This document shows positions 49,386 to 59,512 of a stretch of 64,000 nucleotides of DNA, one piece after another. The stretch lies in contig CAWAHW010000001.1 in NCBI GenBank assembly GCA_963781885.1, positions 288,001-352,000 of the forward strand, given 5' to 3'. Origin of the DNA: an uncultured Spirochaetota bacterium (GTDB lineage Bacteria > Spirochaetota > Spirochaetia > SZUA-6 > Fen-1364). Under the pieces are notes generated by a model. The model had not been told where the DNA came from and searched no databases. It saw only the letters and a list, made by a program, of their open reading frames with translations. The position numbers and the translations under genes were made by a program. Position 1 is the stretch's first letter. Each line of letters starts with the position of its first letter.

Positions 49386-51790
49386 GATTCTTGCAGCGGG
49401 CGGGGCATCTCCTCGCCCGCATTCCTTCCCGCCGCGCGCTCCTGGTGGCGGGTTTCCTGCCGACGCTGGCGGTCCTGATTCTCTTCTGGTTCTCCCTGCC
49501 GGCGCGCCTTTTTTCTCCCCCGTGGTCCACGGTGCTGCTGGACCGCGACGGGCGCCTGCTCAGCGCCTCCATTGCAAGCGACGGCCAGTGGAGGTTTCCC
49601 GGTGACGGGGAGATTCCCCCTCGATTCGTCACGGCCCTGGTGACCTGGGAGGACAAGAGATTCTTCCATCACCCGGGCATCGACCCTGCCGCCCTGGCGC
49701 GCGCCGTGGCAAGCGACATCAGGGCAGGCCACGTCGTGAGCGGCGGCAGCACGCTCTCCATGCAGGTGATCAGGCTTTCCCGGCAGGGCAGACCGCGCAC
49801 GCTGGCGGAGAAGGCCGTGGAGGCGGTGCTCGCCCTGCGCCTGGAGATGCGGTATACGAAAAGCCAGATCCTGCGTCTCTTCGCGTCGAACGCCCCGTTC
49901 GGTGGAAACGTCGTGGGCTTCGAGGCGGCCTCCTGGCGCTGGTTCGGCCGGGAGGCCGGCAGCCTGTCGTGGGCGGAGTGCGCCCTCCTTGCCGTGCTTC
50001 CCAACAGCCCCGGCCTCGTGCATCCCGGGCGCAACCGGGACACGCTCCTTGCAAAGCGGGACAGGCTCCTTTCGACGCTCCACGACGACGGCTTCATCGA
50101 CGAGGCGACGCTTCACCTCGCGCTTGCCGAGCCGCTGCCTCCCCAGCCCTTCCCGCTGCCCCGTCTTGCGCCGCACCTGCTGGACCGCGCCCGCGTGGAG
50201 CTCGCCTCCGCCAGGGAGACCGGCGCCCGTATCCGCACGACGCTCGACTATGGCATCCAGGGCGGGGTCAACAACATCCTCCAGCTCCAGGCAGGGCCGT
50301 GGAAGGAGAGCGGCATCAACTCCGCGGCGGTGCTCGTGCTCGACGTGGACACGGGCTCCGTGCTTGCGTACGCCGGCAACATCCCCACGCAGACCGAGGA
50401 GCCGCAAGGCGCCCAGGTGGACGTCGTGACGTCCCCCCGGAGCACGGGCAGCATCCTCAAGCCCTTCCTCTATGCCTCGATGCTCGATGACGGCGAGCTC
50501 CTCCCCGACCAGATCGTCTCCGACATCCCGACGCGGATCGGAGGATTCGAGCCGGAGAACAGCAGCAAGAGCTACTCCGGCGCGGTGCCGGCGAGCGAGG
50601 CGCTGGCGCGTTCGCTGAATGTTCCCGCCGTCCGCGAGCTCAGGTCCTACGGCCAGGAGAGGTTCTACAATGTGCTGAAGTCCCTGGGCATGACCACGTT
50701 GTTCCGTCCCGCCTCCGACTACGGCCTCACGCTCATCCTTGGTGGAGCCGAGGGAACGCTCTGGGACATCACCGGCATGTACGCGGGAATGGCCCGCAGC
50801 GCCAAGCGCCTTCCCGGGCAGGGCTCCGGCGGGGAGGGCGCATTCTTCGCGCCGCATTACCTTGCAGCGGCGCGCGCCCGTCCACCTGCCCAGCAGGGCG
50901 CCATCGGACCGGGGGCGTGCTGGCTTGCGCTCCAGGCTCTTCTTGAAGTCGAACGACCGGGCGAGGAAGGCGCGTGGCGGGACTACATCGGGTCGCGGAA
51001 GATCGCGTGGAAGACCGGCACCAGCTATGGCAACCGCGATGCCTGGGCGGTCGGCGTCAGCTCCCGGTACGCCGTGGGCGTCTGGGTCGGCAATGCGACG
51101 GGCGAAGGCACCGCGGACCTGCGCGGCTCCTTTGCCGCGGCACCCGTGCTCTTCGACGTCTTCGGCATGCTCCCCGACAGCGGCTGGTTTCCCATGCCGG
51201 AGTCCGACCTCGTGCAGGTGACGGTCTGCGCGAAAAGCGGCATGCGCGCCAGCGACAACTGCGAGGACACCCGCACCGTCTGGGCGCCGCCGGCCGCCGC
51301 GAACTCCGAGGTCTGCGGCTTCTGCCGGCTCGTGCACCTGGACGCCACGGGCCGCTACCGCGCGAGCACGCTGACGGAACCGGTGGCATCGCTCAGGACG
51401 GTGAAATGGTTTGTGCTGCCGCCCGCCATGGAATGGTTCTACGCGCGGTCCCATTCCGACTACAAGATGCTCCCGCCGTGGAAGCCCGGCTCGGAAGACC
51501 CTTCGCAGCGGCGCGTGTCGCCGAACATGAGCCTCATCTTCCCCGAGCAGGGCGGACGGATCTATGTCCCCATCGACCTGGACGGAAAGCCGGGAAAGAC
51601 GATATTCCGCGCGACGCACCGGAACATCCACGCCACGATATTCTGGCACATGGACGGGGAGTATCTAGGCGAGACGACGGAGATACACGACATGGAGGCG
51701 CGCCCCGGGCCGGGCGAGCACACGCTCACGCTCGTCGACGACCGCGGCGAGGAGTACGTGCGGACATTTACGTGCCTGTCGGAAAAATGA
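49382..51790 (+). CDS. pbpC: Penicillin-binding protein 1C
   Basis: EDKRF, GGSTLSMQ, STGSILKPF, SLN, KTGTS, C-terminal Ig-like domain; follows A2M. Confidence 0.95.
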   Translation: MRFLQRAGHLLARIPSRRALLVAGFLPTLAVLILFWFSLPARLFSPPWSTVLLDRDGRLLSASIASDGQWRFPGDGEIPPRFVTALVTWEDKRFFHHPGIDPAALARAVASDIRAGHVVSGGSTLSMQVIRLSRQGRPRTLAEKAVEAVLALRLEMRYTKSQILRLFASNAPFGGNVVGFEAASWRWFGREAGSLSWAECALLAVLPNSPGLVHPGRNRDTLLAKRDRLLSTLHDDGFIDEATLHLALAEPLPPQPFPLPRLAPHLLDRARVELASARETGARIRTTLDYGIQGGVNNILQLQAGPWKESGINSAAVLVLDVDTGSVLAYAGNIPTQTEEPQGAQVDVVTSPRSTGSILKPFLYASMLDDGELLPDQIVSDIPTRIGGFEPENSSKSYSGAVPASEALARSLNVPAVRELRSYGQERFYNVLKSLGMTTLFRPASDYGLTLILGGAEGTLWDITGMYAGMARSAKRLPGQGSGGEGAFFAPHYLAAARARPPAQQGAIGPGACWLALQALLEVERPGEEGAWRDYIGSRKIAWKTGTSYGNRDAWAVGVSSRYAVGVWVGNATGEGTADLRGSFAAAPVLFDVFGMLPDSGWFPMPESDLVQVTVCAKSGMRASDNCEDTRTVWAPPAAANSEVCGFCRLVHLDATGRYRASTLTEPVASLRTVKWFVLPPAMEWFYARSHSDYKMLPPWKPGSEDPSQRRVSPNMSLIFPEQGGRIYVPIDLDGKPGKTIFRATHRNIHATIFWHMDGEYLGETTEIHDMEARPGPGEHTLTLVDDRGEEYVRTFTCLSEK

Positions 51791-51800
51791 AGGAGACACC

Positions 51801-54506
51801 ATGATCAGCATCACCGACCTGCGTTGCGAGCACGCCGCGAATCCCCTGGGCATCGACAGTGCGCAGCCGCGATTTTCCTGGTACGTGCGGTCCGACCGAC
51901 GCGGCGGCGGCCAGACAGGCTACCAGATCATCTGCGCGGATTCACGCGCGGGAATCGAGCGCGGCAAAGGGATCCTTTGGGACACGGGAATGGTGGCCGC
52001 GGACCGCCATCATCTCGTCCCCTACGGAGGAAGCCCGCTCGAAAGCTGTGCGCGCTACTATTGGCGCGTCCGTGTTCGCGACGACGCCGGCATGGTGAGC
52101 CCCTGGAGCGCCACCGCCGTGTTCGAGACCGCCATGCTCTCTGCCGACGCGTGGAACGGGATGTGGATCTCCATGAAGGATCCCCTGGGCACGCCATCCA
52201 TGGTTCTTCTTCTGGGAAGCACCATCTTGGAGCAGAAGCACGTGCAGGCAAAGCTGTGCTGGGCCATCTACCTCCGCAGGCGATTCGAGATTGCGGCCAT
52301 GCCCCAACGGGCGCGTGTCTATGTCTCGGGGCTCGGGTACTACGATCTGCTGGTTAATGGGATGCCGATTGGCGATCATCGACTCGATCCCGGGCAGACC
52401 GATTATTCAAAGGTCGCGCTCTATGCCACGCATGACGTCACCGCGGCCCTTCGTCCCGGCGCAAACGTCATCCAGCTGGTCCTCGGCAACGGCCGACATC
52501 TCGATGCATACGGGTTCGGCGCGCCGCGCGCAAAGCTCCAGCTCCTGCTGGAAGGCGCGGATGGGCACCGGGACTGGGTGACGACAGACGAGAGCTGGAC
52601 GTGCTCCCATGGCCCGATCGAATGGAACGGCATCTATGCCGGGGAGCGCTGCGATGCGCGCAAGGAGCTCACGGGCTGGGGGGAGCCGGATTTCGACGAC
52701 TCCCCGTGGCAGAAGGCGGTCATCGTCGATGGACCGGCTCTTGTCTCGCAGCTCATGCCTCCCATTCGCGCGGTGAAGGTGCTTCCGCCCCGCCGGATGA
52801 GCAATCCCCGGCCGGGCGTGTTCATCTACGATTTCGGCCAGAACTTCACCGGGGTCGCGCGGCTGCGCGCGCGAGGGGCATCCGGGACCACGATACAGAT
52901 GCGATTCTCAGAGTTGCTCGAGGCCGACGGCATGTTGAACCTGGGAACCAATCGGGAAGCGACGTCCGTGGACGTGTTCGTTTTGAAGGGTGAAGGGGAT
53001 GAAGAGTTCGAGCCCCGATTCACCTATCATGGATTCCGTTACCTCGAGCTCACCGGCTTCCCGGGGGTTCCGTGCCTCGATTCGGTGCAGGGCGTCGTCA
53101 TGCACACGGACGTGGAGCAGACCGGCGCCTTCCGCTGCTCGAATGACGTGATCAACCGCATCCATGAGAACATCCTCTGGGGCCAGCGGTCCAACATCAT
53201 GAGCGCGCCGACGGACTGCCCCCAGCGGGGCGAGCGAATGGGATGGCTGGGGGACGCCCAGCTCACGTCCGAAGAGGCGGCGTGCAATTTCGACATGGCG
53301 GGTTTTTATACAAAGTACCTGGAGGACATCCGTCTTGCCCAGAGGGAGGACGGGAGCGTTTCAGACGTCGTGCCGCCATTCTGGCCGCTGTATCCGGCAG
53401 ACCCTGCGTGGGGAACGGCATACGTGACACTGGCGTGGACGCTCTACCAGCGCTACGGCGACCGCGAAGCTCTATCCCGGCATTACGATGGACTGAAGCG
53501 CTACGTGGATTTCCTCCACGGGGCATCGGAAGGCCACATCATCAAGAGCCTCGGGAGGTACGGCGACTGGTGTCCGCCGGGAAACGTCTATCCGAAAAAA
53601 ACGCCGATCGAGCTCACCTCAACGTGGTACTACTACCATGACACCCTCCATTTCTCGCGCATCGCGGAGGTCCTGGAGCGCGTCGAGGACGCGGAGCGCT
53701 ACCGGCAGAGGGCGGATGAGATCAGGGATGCGTTCAACCGCGTCTTCCTCCTTGGCAAGGGCCGGTACGCGATCCTTCCGATGAGCCCGATCGACCGATC
53801 CCTCGGCCAGACGTCGCAGGCGCTCCCGCTCTACCTGGACATGGTTCCCCCGGACCAGAAGGCGGACGCGGTGAAGGCGCTCCTGGACACGGTGGCCCGG
53901 GATGCCGACTACCACGTGGATACCGGCATCGTCGGCACCCGTTATCTCTTCGAAGTGCTGCGGGAGACCGGAAATGCCGAGGCCGCCTTCAAGGTCGTCA
54001 CGCAGAAGAGCTACCCCGGGTGGGGCTACATGCTGGAGGAAGGGGCAACGACTCTCTGGGAGCGGTGGGAAAAGCTGGGCGGCCTGGGAATGAACAGCCA
54101 CAACCACATCATGTTCGGGAGCATCGATGCCTGGTTCTACCGCACGCTGGCCGGCATCGTGCCGACGGCGCCCGGCGGAACCGCGGTCCGCATCCAGCCG
54201 TGGCCGGTCGGGGACCTCACGCACGCCGCGGCGGAGTATCGCACCATCCATGGACCGCTGGTGGTGCGCTGGGAGCGGGGCGGAAAGATGTTCCGACTCC
54301 AGCTGGACATTCCGGCGGGGTCTGCCGCCGACGTCTGCATCCCCCTCCGGGCCGACGCCGGTCGACTCCTGGAAGGTGACGCGGTGGTCTGGAGCAGGGA
54401 CGGCAAAGGCCAACCGGTCCCGGGAATAAGCTGCCACGGGCCCGACGGGCGATTCCTGGCTTTGCGTGTCGTCGGCGGGGTATATGATTTTGAGCTGAAG
54501 GAATAG
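51801..54506 (+). CDS. GH78 alpha-L-rhamnosidase family glycoside hydrolase
   Basis: DFGQNFTG, FTYHGFRY, PTDCPQRGERMGWLGD, GATTLWERW, SHNH. Confidence 0.92.
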   Translation: MISITDLRCEHAANPLGIDSAQPRFSWYVRSDRRGGGQTGYQIICADSRAGIERGKGILWDTGMVAADRHHLVPYGGSPLESCARYYWRVRVRDDAGMVSPWSATAVFETAMLSADAWNGMWISMKDPLGTPSMVLLLGSTILEQKHVQAKLCWAIYLRRRFEIAAMPQRARVYVSGLGYYDLLVNGMPIGDHRLDPGQTDYSKVALYATHDVTAALRPGANVIQLVLGNGRHLDAYGFGAPRAKLQLLLEGADGHRDWVTTDESWTCSHGPIEWNGIYAGERCDARKELTGWGEPDFDDSPWQKAVIVDGPALVSQLMPPIRAVKVLPPRRMSNPRPGVFIYDFGQNFTGVARLRARGASGTTIQMRFSELLEADGMLNLGTNREATSVDVFVLKGEGDEEFEPRFTYHGFRYLELTGFPGVPCLDSVQGVVMHTDVEQTGAFRCSNDVINRIHENILWGQRSNIMSAPTDCPQRGERMGWLGDAQLTSEEAACNFDMAGFYTKYLEDIRLAQREDGSVSDVVPPFWPLYPADPAWGTAYVTLAWTLYQRYGDREALSRHYDGLKRYVDFLHGASEGHIIKSLGRYGDWCPPGNVYPKKTPIELTSTWYYYHDTLHFSRIAEVLERVEDAERYRQRADEIRDAFNRVFLLGKGRYAILPMSPIDRSLGQTSQALPLYLDMVPPDQKADAVKALLDTVARDADYHVDTGIVGTRYLFEVLRETGNAEAAFKVVTQKSYPGWGYMLEEGATTLWERWEKLGGLGMNSHNHIMFGSIDAWFYRTLAGIVPTAPGGTAVRIQPWPVGDLTHAAAEYRTIHGPLVVRWERGGKMFRLQLDIPAGSAADVCIPLRADAGRLLEGDAVVWSRDGKGQPVPGISCHGPDGRFLALRVVGGVYDFELKE

Positions 54507-54511
54507 GACGG

Positions 54512-55339
54512 CTATCCCTTGAGGGCTCCCGCCGTCATTCCCTCCACGATGTATCTTTGCAGCAGGAAGTAGAGGACCAGGATCGGCAGGATCACGATCG
54601 TGATGTCGGCGAAAACCGATCCCCAGTTCGTGTTGAACTTCCCGATGTAGGCGAACACGGTGACCGTGACCGTCCATTTCGAGGAATCTGACAGAAGGTA
54701 GAAGGGGCCGAGGAAGTCGTTCCAGATCGTCATGATGGTGAGCAGACACGCGGTGACCAGCGCGGGCTGCATGAGGGGAAGCACGATCGCCCAGAAGACG
54801 TGGATCGGGCGGCAGCCGTCGAGACCCGCGGACTCGTCCAGCTCCCGCGGAAGCGTCTTGAGATAACCGGTGAGCAGGAAGACGGCAAACGGCAGCAGCA
54901 CGGCGGAATAGAACAGGATCATGCCCAGGTAGGTGTTGTGCACGTGCAGGCCCATCATGAGCTTGATGGTGGGCACGATCGCGACGGGGACCACCAGTCC
55001 CACCACGAAGACGTAGTAGATGGTATTCGTCAGACGCGTTCCGTTTCGCTGGATGCTGAATGCGGCCAGCGCGGCGCTCATGCTCACCAGGGCAAGGGAA
55101 AAGGCGGCAACGATCACGCTGTTCATGTAGCCGACCAGGATGCCGCCGCTCTGCAGGACCTCGGCGTAGTTGGATATCTGCGCGACCGTGGGAAAACCGA
55201 GCCCGAACTGCGCGGCCTCGCGCTGGTTCTTGAAGGAATCGATCACGATCATGTAGAAGGGGATCACCACGACGAGCACGAGCAGGAGCAGCACGAGCTC
55301 GATGACCAGGCGCCGGGCCGTGAATCGTCGGGCCTTCAT
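54512..55339 (-). CDS. Carbohydrate ABC transporter permease (MalG-like)
   Basis: LPRELDESAGLDG, WNDFLGP, QRYIVEGMTAGALKG. Confidence 0.92.
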   Translation of the reverse strand: MKARRFTARRLVIELVLLLLVLVVVIPFYMIVIDSFKNQREAAQFGLGFPTVAQISNYAEVLQSGGILVGYMNSVIVAAFSLALVSMSAALAAFSIQRNGTRLTNTIYYVFVVGLVVPVAIVPTIKLMMGLHVHNTYLGMILFYSAVLLPFAVFLLTGYLKTLPRELDESAGLDGCRPIHVFWAIVLPLMQPALVTACLLTIMTIWNDFLGPFYLLSDSSKWTVTVTVFAYIGKFNTNWGSVFADITIVILPILVLYFLLQRYIVEGMTAGALKG

Positions 55340-56211
55340 ACTTCCACCTCGCGCCGGCGCAGGAGCCGGAGGAACACGACGGCCACGACGGCGATGACCA
55401 CGGACAGGGTGAGGCTGGCGGAGGTGGCGTAGCCCCAGTTGCCGCGGGCGAAATTGCGATAGATGAAGGTGTTGAAGACCTCCGTGACCCAGCCGGGCCC
55501 GCCGTTTGTGAGCACGAGGACGGTCTCGAAGACCTTCAGCGAATTGATGAGCATCAGGAGCACCGTGACGGTGAAGGAGGGGGCCAGAAGCGGAAACGTG
55601 ATCCGGCGGAATCTCGTCATGTAGCCGGCGCCGTCGACGCTCGCCTGGTCCAGGAGGTCGCGCGGGATGGTCTTCAGCCCGGCGAGGTAGATGACCATGG
55701 CGAAACCCGAGCTCCTCCAGAGCTCCGTCATGATGATGGAAAACAGCGCGATCTGCGGGTCGTTCAGCCAGTCGGCCGCCAGCGCGCCCAGGCCGAGGGA
55801 GCGAAGAGCCCTGTTGAGGATGCCGACCTCGGGCTGGTAGATGGCGGTGAACAGGTACCCCACGATGAGCGGCGCGATGACGTAGGGGGTGAAGAACGCC
55901 GTCCGATAGACATTGCCCAGGACGGGAGCCTCGTTCAGGAGCATCGCGAGTGACATGCCGAGGATGTTCACGAATACCGTCACGCATGCGGCGTAGATGA
56001 ACGTGTTGCGGATCGCCGTGACCAGGAAGCCCTCACGGATCAGACGGGCGAAGTTGTCGAACCCTATGAAGGTGACCTTGTCGCTGTACGTGCTGAGGTC
56101 GGTGAAGCTGTAGTACATGCCGGTGATGTTGGGCACGATGAAGAACACCAGATAAATGACGAATGCGGGTGCGATGAAGACGAGCGGGTATCGGATGAAT
56201 GAACGTCTCAT
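55336..56211 (-). CDS. Carbohydrate ABC transporter permease (MalF-like)
   Basis: FIGFDNF, YLAGLKTIP…ASVDGA, LTNGGPG. Confidence 0.92.
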   Translation of the reverse strand: MRRSFIRYPLVFIAPAFVIYLVFFIVPNITGMYYSFTDLSTYSDKVTFIGFDNFARLIREGFLVTAIRNTFIYAACVTVFVNILGMSLAMLLNEAPVLGNVYRTAFFTPYVIAPLIVGYLFTAIYQPEVGILNRALRSLGLGALAADWLNDPQIALFSIIMTELWRSSGFAMVIYLAGLKTIPRDLLDQASVDGAGYMTRFRRITFPLLAPSFTVTVLLMLINSLKVFETVLVLTNGGPGWVTEVFNTFIYRNFARGNWGYATSASLTLSVVIAVVAVVFLRLLRRREVEV

Positions 56212-56222
56212 GCTGCCTCTGG

Positions 56223-56264
56223 AAAAATCGACCGGGCAGGCGGGGAATGCCCGCCTCCCGGTCG
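56223..56264 (-). terminator. Intra-operon stem-loop with U tract after the binding-protein gene
   Basis: CGACCGGG-AGGCGGG…CCCGCCT-CCCGGTCG hairpin followed by ATTTTT on the minus strand. Confidence 0.6.
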
Positions 56265-56292
56265 TGATCTTCTGCTCAGTGTATCACCCGGT

Positions 56293-57573
56293 CTATAACC
56301 CGGGAATCTTCTTGTCCTTGCCCTGCTGGATGTAGGAGGAATCCATCTGCTGGATGGTCTTGTCCACGTCTCCGCTCATGATGAATGCCTGGGTCACCTT
56401 GTCGTAATCAGGAACATAGTTCGAGGGCAAGAGCAGCTGGATATTGATCGCGCCCTGGCCCGCCTTGATCAGGTTGTAGATGTCCTGCTGGCCGGCGAAC
56501 AGCTTCGTCTGGACGTTCGTATAGACCGGGATGCCCGGGTTGTGCGCATACCAGACCTGGAGCGAATCCGCCGTGGTCATGAAGCGGAGAAGCGCCATGG
56601 CGGCATCGACGTGCTTGCCGTTCTTTGAGACCATGATCTGCTTGGGCGGGTACAGCGACGGCAGCCCCGCGTCGTTGTCCGACGGCAGGGAGAAGAACCC
56701 GATCTTGTCCACTGCATCGGGATACTTCGCCGCGATGGACGGCAGCATCCAGTCGGCCTGGAACGCCATTGCGGCCTTTCCGGTTGCAAGGGCATCCTGC
56801 TGCAGCTCGTACGTGCCGGCCGCCAGGTCCTTGTTGTAGTAGCCCTTCGTCTTCAGGGCGTACTCGCGCTCGAACACGTCCCTGATCGCGGGAATGTCCT
56901 TGATGCGCAGCTGGTTGGCGCCAAGCTTCGCGACCCCATTCGCACCGCCGATGGCGGGAAGAACGAATGTCTGGAACCCCGCCAGGGAGAATATCTGCAC
57001 GGGCCAGCCGGTCTTGCCCGCTTCATAGATCGGGGTGATGCCGGCCTTCTTGATCTTTTCACATATGGCAAGGAAGTCCGCGTAGTTCTTCGGGGGCTGA
57101 ACGCCGACCTTGGCGAACACGTCCTTGTTGTACAGCACGCCCATGGCATTGTAGGTGCCCCAGGGGATGCCATAGATCTTTCCGTTCACGGTGTAGAAGT
57201 TCCGCACCGCGGTGGAAAGGTTCTTCAGCAGATCCTCCTTGGAGAAATCCACGAGGTTCTTGTCCGCCTGCAGAGTCGTGTTCTCATTCGCTCCCGTGAA
57301 GAAGTAGAAGATATCGGGGGGATCATTGGTGGCAAAACGGGTCTTGATGATGTTTTCGTATTCATTCACATCCGGGAGAATCTGCTGGGTGGCGGTGTTG
57401 CCCGACTGCTTGTTGTAGTTCGCGAAGATCTCGTCGAATGCCTTTGCTTCCGGGTCGCCGTTCCCGAGCGTCGTGAACGTGAGCTTGACCGGTCCAGGCT
57501 TGCAGCCCGCAAGCATCATCGTCAGGGCTGCGAAAACGGCCAGGATCGCAACGAAACCGAATCGTCTCCTCAT
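56293..57573 (-). CDS. Carbohydrate ABC substrate-binding lipoprotein
   Basis: Lipobox LAG/C, PPDIF, GKIYGIP, YNKDVF, GKAAM. Confidence 0.9.
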   Translation of the reverse strand: MRRRFGFVAILAVFAALTMMLAGCKPGPVKLTFTTLGNGDPEAKAFDEIFANYNKQSGNTATQQILPDVNEYENIIKTRFATNDPPDIFYFFTGANENTTLQADKNLVDFSKEDLLKNLSTAVRNFYTVNGKIYGIPWGTYNAMGVLYNKDVFAKVGVQPPKNYADFLAICEKIKKAGITPIYEAGKTGWPVQIFSLAGFQTFVLPAIGGANGVAKLGANQLRIKDIPAIRDVFEREYALKTKGYYNKDLAAGTYELQQDALATGKAAMAFQADWMLPSIAAKYPDAVDKIGFFSLPSDNDAGLPSLYPPKQIMVSKNGKHVDAAMALLRFMTTADSLQVWYAHNPGIPVYTNVQTKLFAGQQDIYNLIKAGQGAINIQLLLPSNYVPDYDKVTQAFIMSGDVDKTIQQMDSSYIQQGKDKKIPGL

Positions 57574-57604
57574 TCCTTTGCCTCCCTTTTTCTTCGATAA
57601 GTTG

Positions 57605-57625
57605 GCATCATTACAGTAATGATGC
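57605..57625. promoter_or_regulatory. Perfect palindrome, candidate operator for the sugar ABC operon
   Basis: GCATCATTAC-A-GTAATGATGC, downstream of minus-strand TTGACA at 57673-57678. Confidence 0.55.
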
Positions 57626-57731
57626 GTGTAATGAAGAAAATCATAAAGAAATATTGCATGATCAAAAGTGGTTGTCAAGATGAATTCGAAGCATCCCGGG
57701 CGGGCTTTCGATAATCTTTGATTTGTAAAGC

Positions 57732-58526
57732 TTACGCGATTATGACTTTTACTCCCCGCGCCTCGAAACCGCTGCGCTGCTCATCGGTAATGCCGCTGTC
57801 CGTGACGAGGTAGTGAGCGAGATCCACCGGTCCCAGAGCAGCGAACGCAACCTTGCCGATCTTGGTGGAATCCGCCACCAGGACCACCTCCGAGGCGGCT
57901 TCTATCATGGCCTTCTTCACGACGATGTCGGCGAAGCCGGGGTAGGAGAGGCCGGATTCCAGCGAAACGCCTCCCGCGGCGAGGAATGTCCACTGGACAT
58001 GGATGCGGTCGAAATACGCCGCGGTGCGCTCGCCCGTGAGCGACAGTGTCGGGGCCTTGAACTCGCCGCCGGTGAGGTTGATCTCGAAGGAGAACTCCGT
58101 GCCGAGGAGAAGCGCGATGTTGAGCGCGTTGGTGATGATGCGCAGGTGATGCTTGCTGCCAAGGTTGCGCGCCACCTCCGTCACCGTGGAGCCGCTGTCC
58201 AGGATGAGCGAATCCTCGTCATGGACCATCTGCGCCGCGCGCACGCCGATGCGCGCCTTCTTGTCCATGTTGTCCAGGTGCTGGAGATTCAGGCTCTTCA
58301 CCTGCTGGGGCACGCTCTTCAGGAATGCGCCGCCATGCTCGCGCACGACGAATCCCTCCACCTCGAGGCGCTCGAGGTCCTGGCGGACCGTGGGCTCGGA
58401 GACCCCGAAGAGCCTGCTCAAGGCGCTCACCCGGGCGCTTCCCTCCTCCTGCAGCAGCTCGAGGATCTTCCGCCGCCGCTGCATGGCGAGCATGTTGGAG
58501 GGCATCGCGTGTTCGTTCGCTTCCAT
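57732..58526 (-). CDS. DeoR/GlpR family transcriptional regulator
   Basis: FGVSEPTVRQDL HTH, LDSGST, ITNAL, VADSTK. Confidence 0.93.
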   Translation of the reverse strand: MEANEHAMPSNMLAMQRRRKILELLQEEGSARVSALSRLFGVSEPTVRQDLERLEVEGFVVREHGGAFLKSVPQQVKSLNLQHLDNMDKKARIGVRAAQMVHDEDSLILDSGSTVTEVARNLGSKHHLRIITNALNIALLLGTEFSFEINLTGGEFKAPTLSLTGERTAAYFDRIHVQWTFLAAGGVSLESGLSYPGFADIVVKKAMIEAASEVVLVADSTKIGKVAFAALGPVDLAHYLVTDSGITDEQRSGFEARGVKVIIA

Positions 58527-58588
58527 AACTCCTCACGATATCACAGATAAAAGGGCGTAGATATCGGGTCGATTCTCCGACGCCCGGT

Positions 58589-59377
58589 TCAGCTCATGAA
58601 AAGCCCGCCGTCGACATTGATGGTCTGACCGGTGATGTACGATGCATCATCGGAGGCCAGGAACGCGACAAGCCCCGCGACGTCGGCGGGAAGGCCGGCG
58701 CGCTTCATCGGGATGCCATCGACCCATTCCCGCATGAGCTCGCCCGGGCGGTAGTCGCCCAGCAGCTTCCCCCATTCGCGGTCATTGTACACCCACATCT
58801 CCGTGTCGATGATTCCCGGGCAGAACGCGTTCACGGTGATGCCGTGCGGGGCCAGTTCCTTGGCAAGGCTCTGGGTGATGCCAACCACGCCCATCTTGCT
58901 TGCCGCGTAGTGGGGGGTGTAGATGAATCCCTGGCGCGCCTGTCCCGAGGCGGTATTGATCAATCGTCCCGAACCCTGACTCATCATGTGGCGCGCCGCC
59001 GCCTGGCAGCAGAGGAAGACACCCTTGGTGTTGACCGCCATCACCTTGTCCCACTGCTCCTCGGAGAGCTCGGGCAACCGGGCGATCGTGATCACACCCG
59101 CGTTCTGAACGGAAACGTCGACCCGTCCAAAACGCTGCACGGCGCGGGCATAGAGGCCTTCAACCGAGGCCTTGTCCGTCACGTCGCAGATGACGGGCAT
59201 TGCCTTTCCGCCGGCGGCAACCATCGCCTCGGCGACCTGCTCCACCTGCGGCTCGTTCGCGCTCACCACGACGGATGCCCCTTCCTGCGCAAACCGCCTT
59301 GCTATTCCTTCACCAATGCCGCGGCTGGCGCCGGTCACCACCACGACTTTTCCTCTGAACCTGCCGAGTTTTTCCAT
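58589..59377 (-). CDS. SDR oxidoreductase (polyol/acetoin dehydrogenase-like)
   Basis: [28 protein letters not shown]. Confidence 0.9.
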   Translation of the reverse strand: MEKLGRFRGKVVVVTGASRGIGEGIARRFAQEGASVVVSANEPQVEQVAEAMVAAGGKAMPVICDVTDKASVEGLYARAVQRFGRVDVSVQNAGVITIARLPELSEEQWDKVMAVNTKGVFLCCQAAARHMMSQGSGRLINTASGQARQGFIYTPHYAASKMGVVGITQSLAKELAPHGITVNAFCPGIIDTEMWVYNDREWGKLLGDYRPGELMREWVDGIPMKRAGLPADVAGLVAFLASDDASYITGQTINVDGGLFMS

Positions 59378-59415
59378 TGAGGCGCTCCTTTTTCGGAAAT
59401 CAGACAACTAGCACA

Positions 59416-59472
59416 ATAAAACGAAAAAAATAAAAAGCAATAGGTTGACAAATGATGAATATCAATTACAAT
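59416..59472 (+). promoter_or_regulatory. sigma70 promoter with upstream DeoR/AgaR-like A-tract sites
   Basis: TTGACA-16nt-TACAAT at 59445-59472; the upstream reverse strand reads TTTCGTTTTATT. Confidence 0.55.
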
Positions 59473-59512
59473 CGAGCCTGTTTGGGCTTTCTCTGGAGCA
59501 AGAAGGGATAAC

